Below, piece by piece: positions 11,500 to 22,040 of a DNA stretch of 64,000 nucleotides (positions within the stretch are counted from its first letter, which is position 1; every line of letters starts with the position of its first letter). The stretch is from positions 317,938-381,937 of the forward strand of contig NEEC01000030.1 of assembly GCA_002189035.1 (NCBI GenBank), given 5' to 3'. This DNA is from Utricularia gibba (lineage: Eukaryota > Plantae > Magnoliophyta). A program made the translations under genes and the position numbers. The notes under the pieces were generated by a model. The model saw only the letters and a list, made by a program, of their open reading frames with translations, was not told where the DNA came from and made no database searches.

Positions 11500-14110
11500 A
11501 CTCTACAATGCTAGCAAGGTCATTGCAAATGCAGATCACTAATGCACAGAGACAAGATACTTGGTATTGCATAATTTGTAAGAAGGCAGGACACATGGCT
11601 AAGAATTGTTTCACCATAAAAGAGCCACCGCCTTGATGGAGGAAAAAATATAGTAAAACCAACAATTCTTACCAGCGGTCCCCAAGGCAACATAACCATC
11701 AATAATAATATACATATGCTCAGCCCCCACAAGCTTGGGGTACTCTATTCACTCTACCTAGATAGTTGGGAACTTATGAGTCATATAAACCTATGGCTTA
11801 TTGCATGGAGACTTCCATGGATGAATCGTCTCATTTGATTTCCCATGATCATAACCCCACGTACTTTGACTATGTGCAGCTCATTCAACGGTAACTTGGC
11901 AAGCTCTTGAGTGGGAGTACTCACACACCAGCACCTACCACAGGCAACATATAGTAAATATGACTGAGTTGGAGTTCACAGGTACATATTTTGACTCATG
12001 CATGGAAAATGACATTTCCACGAATTGTACGTGTAATACTTGGGAGTGGATATTGGATTTTGGTGCCACAACACACATTGGATACTCGAGTGCCTTTTTT
12101 GGCTCTCTACACCTTGCTGTCAACATCCAAGTTCGATTGCCAAATGGACACTCTGTGCCGGTGAACTACTTTGGTGATATATTCCTCACCGATAGAATTC
12201 GATTATTACACACTCTTTGTGCCATAGTTCAAGTTTAACCTTATATCAGTGAAGTGGTTGATCGATGATGCAGGTATATTGGTTACTTTCTTCAGCCAAT
12301 ATTGTACTTTGAAAGACCGGATTACAAATAAAGTTCTTGCTGTTGGGAGACTCAAGAATGGCCTATACATTCTGTATAAACGCTCATTCATGTCAGCCCT
12401 ACTTGACAGTTTTTCTGCATTGCATGGGACAAAGGAGGTAAAGAGTGCTCTCACAAATGTCTTGCTACCAAAGCTATGCTTCTATGCTGCTAGTTTACAG
12501 CCTAATGATGAAAGTCTTTTATGACACTACCATCTTGGCCATGTGTCTGACTCTAAGTCCATGCATTTGCCCTTTGCTTGTGGATTGAATGGCACTCCCT
12601 GTGATGTTTGTTAGTTTGCTAAGTTTCACAATCATTCGTTTTCTTTAAATGCATCCAGAGCACCTCATGTCCTCTATCTCATACATTGCGACCTATGGGG
12701 ACCTTCTAAGTACTTTCTCACGATTGTAGACGATCATACTCGGGTCACTTGGACCTTCTTGGTCAAGAAGAAGAGCATGGTCAAGGACTAATAGCTGCAT
12801 TCCTCAGCTATGGGGAAAATCACTATGAGCATACTACCAAGCATATATAGTCTGATCAGGGGGGGGGGGGGGGGCGAAGGAGTTTTTGAATTCCATGTTT
12901 CTGACAGCCCACATGTGCAAGGGCATTCATCATCAGTTTTCGTGCACCCGAAAACCCTAGAAAAATGTGCGGGTAGAATGGAAGCACAAACACCTGTTAG
13001 AAGTGACCTGCATGCTGATGTTCGAAGCCGGCTTACCCAAGGAATTCTAGTGCGAGGCTATCCTTACTGCAACGTATATCATCAACTGCCTGCCCTCCTT
13101 TGTGCTGGAATGGAAAACACCTTTTGAAATTTTGATAAACAAGCCTCCTAACTTTGATCATCTACACGTATTTGGCTATCTTGCGTATGCTGGTAATACA
13201 AACGAGGACAAGTTGGTGCCTAAAGCATGGAAATATATTTTCCTTGAGCCTCAGGATATGGTCTCTCGAGATCTAGCCTCATACATTCCTGGGCATAATT
13301 TGCCTCAGGCCGATTCTGATCTATCTCCCCACAACAACTCCATGGGCAGTGCTAGGTCTGATAATTCAGAGGGTCCTATAGCCCCTGTTTGTAATGAAGA
13401 CCCTGTGCAGCACAATGTTCCGGACACTAATAATCATATGTTGAGGCACAGTGCTTGCCTATGTTCCTCACTAATCTATTTACACGACTATTCCACATAC
13501 CAGATTGATGCTTCGGAGTCTAATGAGCCTTGCTTACTCACAAAGCCCAGGCATTATAAGAAGGCATCTCAGCATCGTTCTTAGCATGATGCTATGCAGT
13601 AGGAGCTGTGTGCTCTCGAGTAGAATCATGCATTGAAATCAAATGCTTGCGATTGTTTGCCTTTACCCCAAATCAAATGCAGCATCGTTCTTAGCTGGGA
13701 CATAGTGCCTTTACCCCTCAACAAGCTTGCGATTGTTTGCAAGTGGATCTATAAAATCAAATGCTTGAAAAATGGACAAATTTTCAGATACAAAGCTCGC
13801 CTGGTGGCTAAGGGTTACACACAGGTTGAGGGCATTGACTTTCATGATGTTTTTCTCTTGTTGCAAAGGCAACCACCATCCGCATCCTCATGGCTCTTGC
13901 AGTGCTACATCGGTGGCATCTCCATCAGGTAGATGTCAATAACACCTTTCTCCATGGGTACTTGGATGAAGAGACCTACATGAACCCCATGAAGGCCTCT
14001 CGTGTTGGGTTGGGAACATTTGCTTACTAAGAAAATCCTTATACAGTTTGAAGCAAGCCTCTCATCAGTGGAATCTTTGAGATAACAAAGTCCTTCATGG
14101 GACAACGAGT
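11500..14110 (+). mobile_element. Ty1/copia gag C-terminus, protease, integrase and RT (degenerate; probably the same element as 7261-7480)
   Basis: Zn knuckle CIICKKAGHMAKNC (~11565), protease WILDFGATTH, integrase IHCDLWGP and IVDDHTRVTW, RT CKWIYKIK...YKARLVAKGYTQVEGIDF and [10 protein letters not shown]; truncated at ~14110. Confidence 0.85.
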
Positions 14111-14119
14111 CTTGCACCT

Positions 14120-14340
14120 TTTGATGCATTCCATTTCGTTTTTCATCAACTGTTGTGTTTTAGAGTCGAGCATGTGCGTGTGAGTGCTTGCACCTAAGGA
14201 TTTGTGGTAAAGCCTTACTTGCACAAGTCTTGCACGTGTGACTGTCTTATTATGTTGTTTAGTATTTAATTTGAGGTTCGATTCTCTTTTTTCGCAACGT
14301 TTTCTTAACTAACGTGCTCTCTAGTACCGCATAACCTTAA
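14120..14340 (+). mobile_element. Athila-type LTR (family B), left half, split by the Harbinger element
   Basis: Homologous to 25150-25330 and to the reverse complement of 47230-47420. It ends ...ATAACCTTAA; the uninterrupted copy continues TAAGGGAGTGTGGGAGAATCAAAGG, which resumes at 22041. Confidence 0.8.
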
Positions 14341-14749
14341 AGCCCTCATTTTTCAGGTGGGTTTAGCCCTCTAAACCCTTAGGTAAAAAGTGTTGTATGT
14401 GTTTTTTGTGGTGGTTTAGTAAAACCCAAGGGTTTGTATTGTCCCGAAATAAGCTTGTAGCTGATGGTTTCACACAAATACAACTTTTTCGATAATACCC
14501 TTCTACTCCATAAGCAAATCCACAACAGTAAATCTGTGTATTTTTTCATCCTCTTCAACACAAATCTGTTGGGTTTTTGGAGGTACATGGTGAGTGAGTT
14601 CGAATTTTGATATTTCGATGAAAACCCATACTTCAATTTAAGCCAAGAGTTCTTATTTTTTTTTTTTTCGCATATGATGGAGTCGGGTGATTTTTTTTTT
14701 TTTTTTGAAAATCACAATAGGTTGTGTGTTGCTTATTCAGGCTATTGCA

Positions 14750-16036
14750 ATGCTTTCAAAGAAGATTATTTTGGCTGCCCTTGTTGCGGCGCATTGCGTT
14801 GGTCAACACCTATGCGTTATGCGAATTATGATTGTTATAATGTTGCATTTCTTTTGTACACCCACCGATAGGAGAATTCGGTTCTCATAACGAGAAAAGA
14901 TACCGTGACAAATAGAGTATTTGTCTGCCTTGATATCTTATTCAAGGAGTGCTTGTCTTGAAAACTTACGCTTAAGTGCAAATGTCTTCAACAAGTTATG
15001 CTATGTTCTTCGAAGTAATGATAGACTAACCACTTCAAGGTATGTTGATGTTCCAGAGCAGGTTGCATTGTTTTTGGGTATTTTAGGTCATCATAGGAAA
15101 ACAAGGCAATAAAAATTCGAATTCATGCGAAGTAGCTGGATAGTGTCCAAATATTTCAATGTGGTATTGTCGGCGATGCTGTCATTGCATCAAAATTTAC
15201 TTAAGACACCTGTGTCAATTGATGTTTCTGATCCTAATTCTAGCTTCAGATTTTTTGAGGTATGCAAGCAGATTTTTCATTGTAGTTCTGTATTCTGCAT
15301 GCTGTAACTCTCTTGTCTATTTTTTAGAATTGCTTGGGTGCATTGGATGGCTCATATTTCTAGGTGAAAGTCAAGAATTAGGATAAACCAAAGTGGAGGA
15401 ATCGTAAAGGAATCGTGTCCACTAATTTGCTAGGAGTGTGTGATGATAAGCTCATGTTCATCTATTTGTTGTCCGGGTGGGAGGGATTCGCTGGTGATAG
15501 CAGGGTGCTACGAGATGTAGTTTGTTGACAAAGAGCATTCACTATACACAATGGTAAGTGCTTACAATGTGTAGAAGTCCATAGTTATGAGTGACTTTCA
15601 TGCATTCCATTTTTTTGTAGGGCATTATTACTTTTGTGATAATGGCTACACAAACGTAGCGGGATTTCTAGCACCCTACAGGGGTGTTCGGTACCATCTG
15701 AAAGAGTGGGGTGCTGGGTCCAATGCTCCACAGAATGCGAAGGAATATTTCAACATGCGCATGCTTCTGCGAGGAATGTTATTGAGAGGGCATGGCGTTT
15801 AATGAAAATGAGGTGGGATATTTTACGAAGTTATAGTTTTTATTCGATGAGAAATGCCAACTGATCCATGGGAAGAAGTCATTCCGGAAGAGTACCACAA
15901 TCCGGATTCACAGGACTACGAAGATGATGAACATATTTCCTCCATAGGAAACTTAGAGGAGTGGACACAGTGGCAGGATTCAATGGCTGAGAGAATGTTT
16001 GCGCAATGGAGAGAGACCACACGAAGAAGGGTATAA
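14750..16036 (+). pseudogene. PIF/Harbinger DDE transposase (HARBI1-like), disrupted
   Basis: ACLENLRLS.NVF.KLC, VPEQVALFL.ILGH, intron 15260-15327, NCLGALDG, WRNRKG.VSTNLLGVC, SGWEG.AGDSRVL, intron 15554-15620, YYFCDNGY, FLAPYRGVRYHLKEW, EYFNMR, RNVIERA, W..W.DSMA..MF..W; several stops. Confidence 0.92.
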
Positions 16037-16198
16037 AGTGTACTAATAAACACTGATGTTTTATTGGTTTGGCTTAAAGACATTTCATTTCATTTTCCAA
16101 TAGTTGATAAGCATTGCCCTGTGTTGTATTCATATTGTGCAAACACATGAGTTATGCTAGACTATTGTCACAACAATGTGATACATTCATTGGAAACT

Positions 16199-16502
16199 GG
16201 AATTTGCAGTGCTTGGAAAGATAGGATAACTTGAAGGATGCTTTAGGTTTACACACACCGTTCACTCATATGTATAGGTGCAACTATTGCATGCTCTACA
16301 CTATCTCCATGTACATTGGAAGAATTGTGTTCCAGGCACTGCAAATTCCTGCTCTCGGTGTCTGGATGAAATGCATTCCTAACACCACAAAAACGCCCCT
16401 CTCAGTGTCTAGGAGACATGCCTTCCACGCACTATAGAATGCCGCTCTCACCATCTGGAAGACACGTTTTAGGCACTGCAACCTTTGTTCGTGGTGCCTG
16501 GA
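16199..16502. repeat. Degenerate ~46-bp array of the same palindrome, plus an upstream inverted half-site
   Basis: Units start at ~16331, 16377, 16423 and 16468 (e.g. CCAGGCACTGCAA-attcctgc-TCTCGGTGTCTGG). 16199-16217 GGAATTTGCAGTGCTTGGA is the reverse complement of 16331-16349 with one mismatch. Confidence 0.7.
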
Positions 16503-16676
16503 GCAATCATGGGCCGGAATGAATATTAGGCCTCGCTTATCTGGGCCTCATAAGAAACCCTCCGGCCTAGTCGTCACTTCCCTTCACCACGCACCTAATC
16601 GCTGCTCACTGCAGACCAGGGCACACTGTCCTCACCTCAGCCACATGGTCCCTCCACCATTTGCTTCCCTCAAGAA

Positions 16677-19600
16677 ATGCTTACTTCCAAGAAACTCCAA
16701 GTTCGGTTCGCAATTCCAAAGACGTACAATCTATGGGACAAGGCAAGTGATGACACGATTGACGGTGAGGTTTTGTCTAGGGTTGGAGTGATCGGATTTT
16801 CGGTGTCCACCGAACACTTTCGGTGTGGACTTCGCTTGCCACCACCACCATTCATATGCGAGTTGCTAGCATGTTTGGAGGTCCCATTGTCCCACCTGAC
16901 ACCCTGCTCAATCGCTCATGTGTTGGCCTTTTTGAGTGTGTGCATGGAAGAACAAATTACTCTGGCCCTACCAGTTTTTTTTTGCAGTGAGTGTGTGTAT
17001 TCGAAACTGGAAAACTAATCATTTCTCACTGAAGGGTAAGCCAGGTATTGCACTTGTGAATTCTATTCGGAGTGGACATGATGCATGGTGGACAAGCTAT
17101 ATTTGGGTGTGTGACGAACGTTTAGAATGAGGTTGCTAAATGTTGCGGTCTAGCACATTCAATGCATCAAAAGAAATTTATAAACCTAGCTATTCTACTA
17201 CAAAACAAGGGTCGAATCCACAGGGATTAATGTAGTGTGGCAAGCAAGGGTTGAATCCACAGGGATTAATGTAGTGTGGCAAGCAAGGGTTGAATCCACA
17301 GGGAATGTTTGCAATTTCCTGAAGTTTATCACATTTACTGAAAACAGAGGGGTTTCCTAGGGTTTAGTTCTAACACGGATAAGACCTAAAATAACAGTGA
17401 CTGAAAGAAACGAGTTGCAGGGATGAAGAGACACTTAAATTAACACGAATGCATAGGAAACATAAAATAAAAATGATTTTACTGGGTTTTACACCAGGGT
17501 CTAGCTCTTGTGTCACTCAAGAGAGCCCATAGGCTTAAGTCTAGCTTTGGAACGCTTAAAAACAAGGCAAGGGTTTGTAGACACAGAGTATGGGTTCGTA
17601 GGACCAGTCAATAGCATATTAAGCTTAAAAGAAAACGTGAAAAGCTTAAACAGAAACATGTTTATAAGCTAAAGCAAGGTTACAAAGAGTTTCCCGTTCA
17701 TAGCAAGGTACCGAAATGCAGCATAAAGCATAAAAACCAAGACAGTAGCAGTAGCAAGTTCACGCAGAAATAGAAGTGCAGAAAATGGAAAATAAGGCGT
17801 CTAGTGGTTGCTCTCGGTCGAAGATCTGCTGAAAATCAAGTTTCTGGGCAGAATGACGGTGTAGAAGTGTAGATCTGGAGGTCGCCGAAGATGTTTTCCA
17901 GAGAAATGAAGTTCTCCTCACTCCTGCTCCTACTGTTCGCTGTCTGTGCACTCTACGTACACAGTATGCTCTCCCTTCTCTCTCCCTTCCTTTTTCCTTT
18001 TGCCACTAAAAAGCAAGGGTAGCTTTGTCTTTTCCCTAGGCTTCTAGAAGGGAGATCTCTGCTCCAAATCTTATCTTCTCAGAAGAGCGGCTACTTTCAG
18101 CGGAAAGTGACTTTTGCACAGCTTTTCTGTTCTATTTGACTTGTCAACACGGAAAGTGCGCAGTTACAGTACTAGCTCTTACCCTGGTAAGACTTAAAAC
18201 ACAGACTAGACGAAATATTACAGTTTTCGGTTCAATTGTTTCCAATTGAGCCTGTTTTCACAATAAACATATTTCAATAGTCTAAATACGCAAAAGAAGA
18301 CATTTTAGCACACTAAACAACATTTAACCCTACAAAACACACTTAAAAACATATATAAAAACACAATAAAAACACAATAAAAACGGTGTTTTCATTGTGT
18401 TTGCTGGAAGACCTACGAATTCCAACTACTCTCGGCTCCTTCAAGACAATCGGAAAGGTAAAGTGTAATGTGTGATGTAGTATGGTTGCATGGCTAGTGT
18501 ACTATGATTTATGTTATTCAATTATTCATGTTGTAGGATTTGATAGACTATCGAAGCAGGGGTGGATGCATTGTTGACTATGTTCGATGAAAAGAGTGAG
18601 GCGTTGAGTGACATACTACCCCCTGTGGTGGACGCTGCCAGTACTCGCCACTTCTGGTGTGGTCACGGCAGAGTGATACGCGAGTGCCCAAAGCCTGACG
18701 ACATGATCATTGAGGAAGAGATGTCACTAGCATTTGCATCTTATTGACAGCGGAATGTAGGGAGCAATGTGGAGGATACATTGGCCCCAGCTACGTTCAA
18801 GGCTAGATTGGTATGAAAGTAGGTGGGCATACACTGGACCCAGTTCATCGCAAGCAACAAGTGCGCAAGCTCCTTGTGTTGGATGTCAACGGAGTGCTAG
18901 CGACATTGTCTTCAAAGCCAAGTACTAAAGGTTGCATCGGAAACTAGACGCTGTGATATATGAGCGAAATAGTAAGACACCTTAACATTGTCTCATGGTT
19001 GTGTCATGTTCAACTGATCCATTAGTTTTTCTCGCTTTGGCAGTCTTCCTCAGGCCCTTTGCTCACGAGTTCATTGAATGGTGTCTTGGAAACTTTGATG
19101 TCGACATATGGTCTTCAAGGGGCACGTAAGTCCCACTCCACAAAATCTGCAGTGCATGCGCTGCTATCTAATACTCTAACATCTCTCTAGGTTCTATAGT
19201 GCACAACTACATGAGATCATCAAGTGGGTGTTTAAGCCAGATGCAGACACCTCACTAGCTTTCATATGAGATGCATCAAAGACCACCTAAACGCATGTAC
19301 GTGTGCATGATAATAGGTCAAAAGATGCTATGTTGAAGGAGTTGTCATGGATTTGAGGGGAAGATGAAGGCTTCTTGGGTCGGTATGATGCAACCAACAC
19401 CTTACTTATTGACTCCGTTCAAGTCCATCAGAAACCCAGTTAAGTCAATCTGCAATCATATGGTCTGGTACGCATGTTTCTTGCTGACACTTAGGCCATG
19501 GTCTTATTGTGCCACAGCATGACAACGCTGTCTTCCCGACGCCATACCAGTACACGGATGTAAGAGATGCTGCGTTAGCTGAGTGTGGAGAAATACGCAT

Positions 19601-19730
19601 ATTCCTTCAAGGTCTACTAGAAGCAAATGATGTACCAAGTTTCGTGAAGCATGCACGAATTGGACAGCCTCCATTGGATGCTAATCACCCCTATGGGATT
19701 ATTACAAAGTACTTGCTTGAACATTCATAG
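16677..19730 (+). pseudogene. Cargo gene copy B: PF04195-like N-terminus plus NIF/FCP1-type HAD phosphatase domain, split by a solo LTR
   Basis: ATG 16677 (MLTSKKL...GLRLPPPPFICELLACLEVPLSHLTPCS...WWTSY). Intron 18458-18536, then GFDRLSKQGVDALL..DILPP, RKLLVLDVNGVLA (D at 18882), VFLRPFAHEFIEWCLGNFDVDIWSSRG, LAFI*DAS, MLKEL, NTLLID, PFKSIRNP, PQHDNAVFPTPY...GEIRIFLQGLLEANDVPSFV. Contains stops and frameshifts. Confidence 0.82.
17141..18394 (-). mobile_element. Solo LTR, Athila-type, inserted in cargo gene copy B
   Basis: TG...CA termini, Athila-like GTGGATTCGACCC motif on the minus strand, and an internal 39-bp tandem (17206-17303, ~2.5 units). No TSD recognised; the left boundary is uncertain by ~15 bp. 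Confidence 0.7.
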
Positions 19731-20504
19731 CATGTAACAATGGTTTGAATTTCGGAACATTATTATGTGACTCAGTCTATTTTAATCATGGATTTTTCAA
19801 TATACACTTGATAAATTAAAATAAGTAAATATATGTTCTCAAATATTCTTATATGCATATTTATTTTAAATAATACCTTGATTTAATATCTTATATTTCT
19901 TAGACTACTTTGTTTACTACAATGCCAAAAGAATCCGTTTTAATAATTGGATTCAAAACATCTTTTATTTATTACACGTTTTATTGATCATGTATAATAT
20001 TTATTAGTTTTTAGAAGTATAATCTTTTTACTTATTTTCTTTATGAATTTTAAATATTGACTCTACGAAACAAATTTAAACATGTGGTAACATTCAAAAT
20101 AAATGAGAACTAAAACAATCTTGAATCGAAAATTCCATGTAAAATATTACATGTTTTTATAAATAAGAAATTTATCAAAAACTTGATGCAAGTTAATGAA
20201 TTTTTCTTATTGAAAATTCTACATATCCGGATTGTATGTGAACACGTAGTCATCATATATTCAATTGTCAGGAAACAAACTAATGGAAATTTAAATATTT
20301 ACACTCTTACACAAATTCTTGAAAGTCTTATTGAATAAAATTGTGTCTATTTAATTTCCATAAAATACACATAGGATGTGATCAATCAAACTTGTTGTTA
20401 TTCGATATGTATGTGCATTGGACATATTTTAATTTATGATAGTTGTTGTAATTAAAATAGATTATTATAGAGATATAGTGAATTTACATATCATAATATA
20501 TGCA

Positions 20505-20850
20505 CACAGGCACTCAGTTGGGGCATCGATGCTAGGTACTGCAAGCGCATATTTGCAGTGCCTAGAAAGATAGGATGCATGCATCCGAAGGACAATCCAG
20601 TGTAGTCAATACTTCAAATCGCATGTGGGAGGTCATGCTGGGTGCCACACACAGCAAGACTCAGTTGGCGCATCGATGCTAGGCATCGCAAGTGCATATT
20701 TACGGTGCTTGGAAAGATAGGATGCATGCCTCCGAAGGGCAATCCAGTGCAGTCAATACTTCAAACCTAACAGTGGGAGCTCGGGCTGAGTGCCACACAC
20801 ATACACTCAGTTGGCGCATCGATACTAGGCACCGCATGTGCATATTTGTT
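20505..20850. repeat. ~147-bp tandem repeat (~2.3 units) containing the same palindrome
   Basis: CTCAGTTGG recurs at 20513, 20660 and 20806. Core at 20532-20565: CTAGGTACTGCAA-gcgcatat-TTGCAGTGCCTAG (12/13 complementary). Confidence 0.9.
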
Positions 20851-20869
20851 GCATCAGCCTGCATCAGCC

Positions 20870-21461
20870 ACAGAGTACTCAGCCTGCTTTGTTGCATCAG
20901 TAGCATCAGGGACACATTCTGCAAATTCTCCAGTGGCTCTATCTTTACCAAAGATGATGCACCAATCTGGATAGTAAGGCTAGCGCTTAAACCGCAACAA
21001 GTTTTACACATTCTCATTGTGCTGCACATGTAATCCATAAGTGTACATTAATAATCTCATAGGAACGACCTACTACATATACATTAGAACAACAATACCT
21101 GTTTGAACTCCACCCACAAATCCTCACTAGCATCTACCATGTTTGTTGAGTTATCATAGCCGGTACATGACTTGTTGAGAAAGTCAGATAGGGTATTGTA
21201 ATCTTTTTTCCAGTTATGAATCTTTGATTGCATATGGGGAGTGCCTCTGATATCTGACCCAGGACACAATTTGAGGAACGCTTCCTCTAGTACTTGAAAG
21301 TAATTACCTTTGAATCCATTCTTTGCTTTCCACCCACCTTGAATGATATCCTTTAGAGCGTGGATCAGAAAGTGCTCTTCATCAGGTTTCCACTGTCTTT
21401 TGGTCTTAATGTTGTCACCACTTCTTCCTCATTTTGTTGTAGGGACGTTTGCTCCAACCAT
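20870..21461 (-). pseudogene. PIF/Harbinger ORF1, Myb/SANT-like DNA-binding protein, disrupted
   Basis: ATG 21461; KRQWKPDEEHFLIHALKDII..GWKAKNGFKGNYFQVLE...HMQSKIHNWKKDY...W..F; intron 21098-21022; PYYPDWCIIFGKDRATG; contains stops. The 3' end is uncertain. Confidence 0.9.
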
Positions 21462-22040
21462 GCCTGCAACCAATATGTAAGTGCACAACCAATGACAAAA
21501 CCACGATGCACAGGTAGCTGAATATGGCACAGGAAGTATAACAACATTATATGGGTTTCAAGGGCACCATTCACATCCATATTACTCAAAAAACATCACA
21601 CACTAACACCCAGTCACTCAATCTATGTGGTTAAGGTCATTCAAGGGGAAAATGAAATAAACACCTCAAATTTGAGAAAAAAATACCTGGTGCATCACCC
21701 AATACCCAATTTTTCGGTAGATCAAACTTGCTCCCGGAGTTACATGAGCCGAAAATCCATGATATTACATCGCAGATCGATGGTTTCGAATTCCCCAATC
21801 TGTGAATCTCACATTTCTATATGTGGGTTTAAAACAGGATAATAAGATATTATATTATGCATAAAGGGTATATTAGAGAATTCCTTTATTCTAGTATTGA
21901 GAACCTATACATAAATCCTTCTAAAAAACATACAAAATTGATAATCCCATATAATTGAACCCTATCTACCAAATACATAATTCATTCTAAACCATTATTT
22001 ATGGGATACAAAAAACTAAAATAATCTAACAAACATGGCT

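Larger units (their letters stand above)
14341..22040 (+). mobile_element. PIF/Harbinger element, delimited, with transposase, Myb/SANT ORF and an internal third gene
   Basis: Inserted at a TAA site of a family-B LTR whose halves rejoin (TSD TAA vs GAA/TGA, +/-1 bp). Degenerate TIRs: AGCCCTCATTTTT on the left and AACAAACATGGCT on the right (rc AGCCATGTTTGTT, Tourist/PIF-like). TPase (+) and Myb (-) are convergent. Confidence 0.8.

Noticed and set aside
12859-12872. Long G-run as a G-quadruplex or regulatory site
   Set aside because: A homopolymer expansion at the integrase SD.GGEF codons of a dead copia, and possibly a sequencing error.
20532-20565. Hairpin ending in CTAG as a Helitron 3' end
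   Set aside because: CTAG is part of the stem rather than ~10 nt downstream of it, the motif is internally repeated, and there is no Rep/helicase.
9052-20850. Palindromic arrays as CRISPR-like
   Set aside because: Eukaryotic TE context, degenerate repeats, linkers homologous to each other rather than unique spacers, and no cas genes.
20505-20850. 147 bp as a nucleosome-positioning repeat
   Set aside because: Only ~2.3 units and no linker; the length match alone is not evidence.
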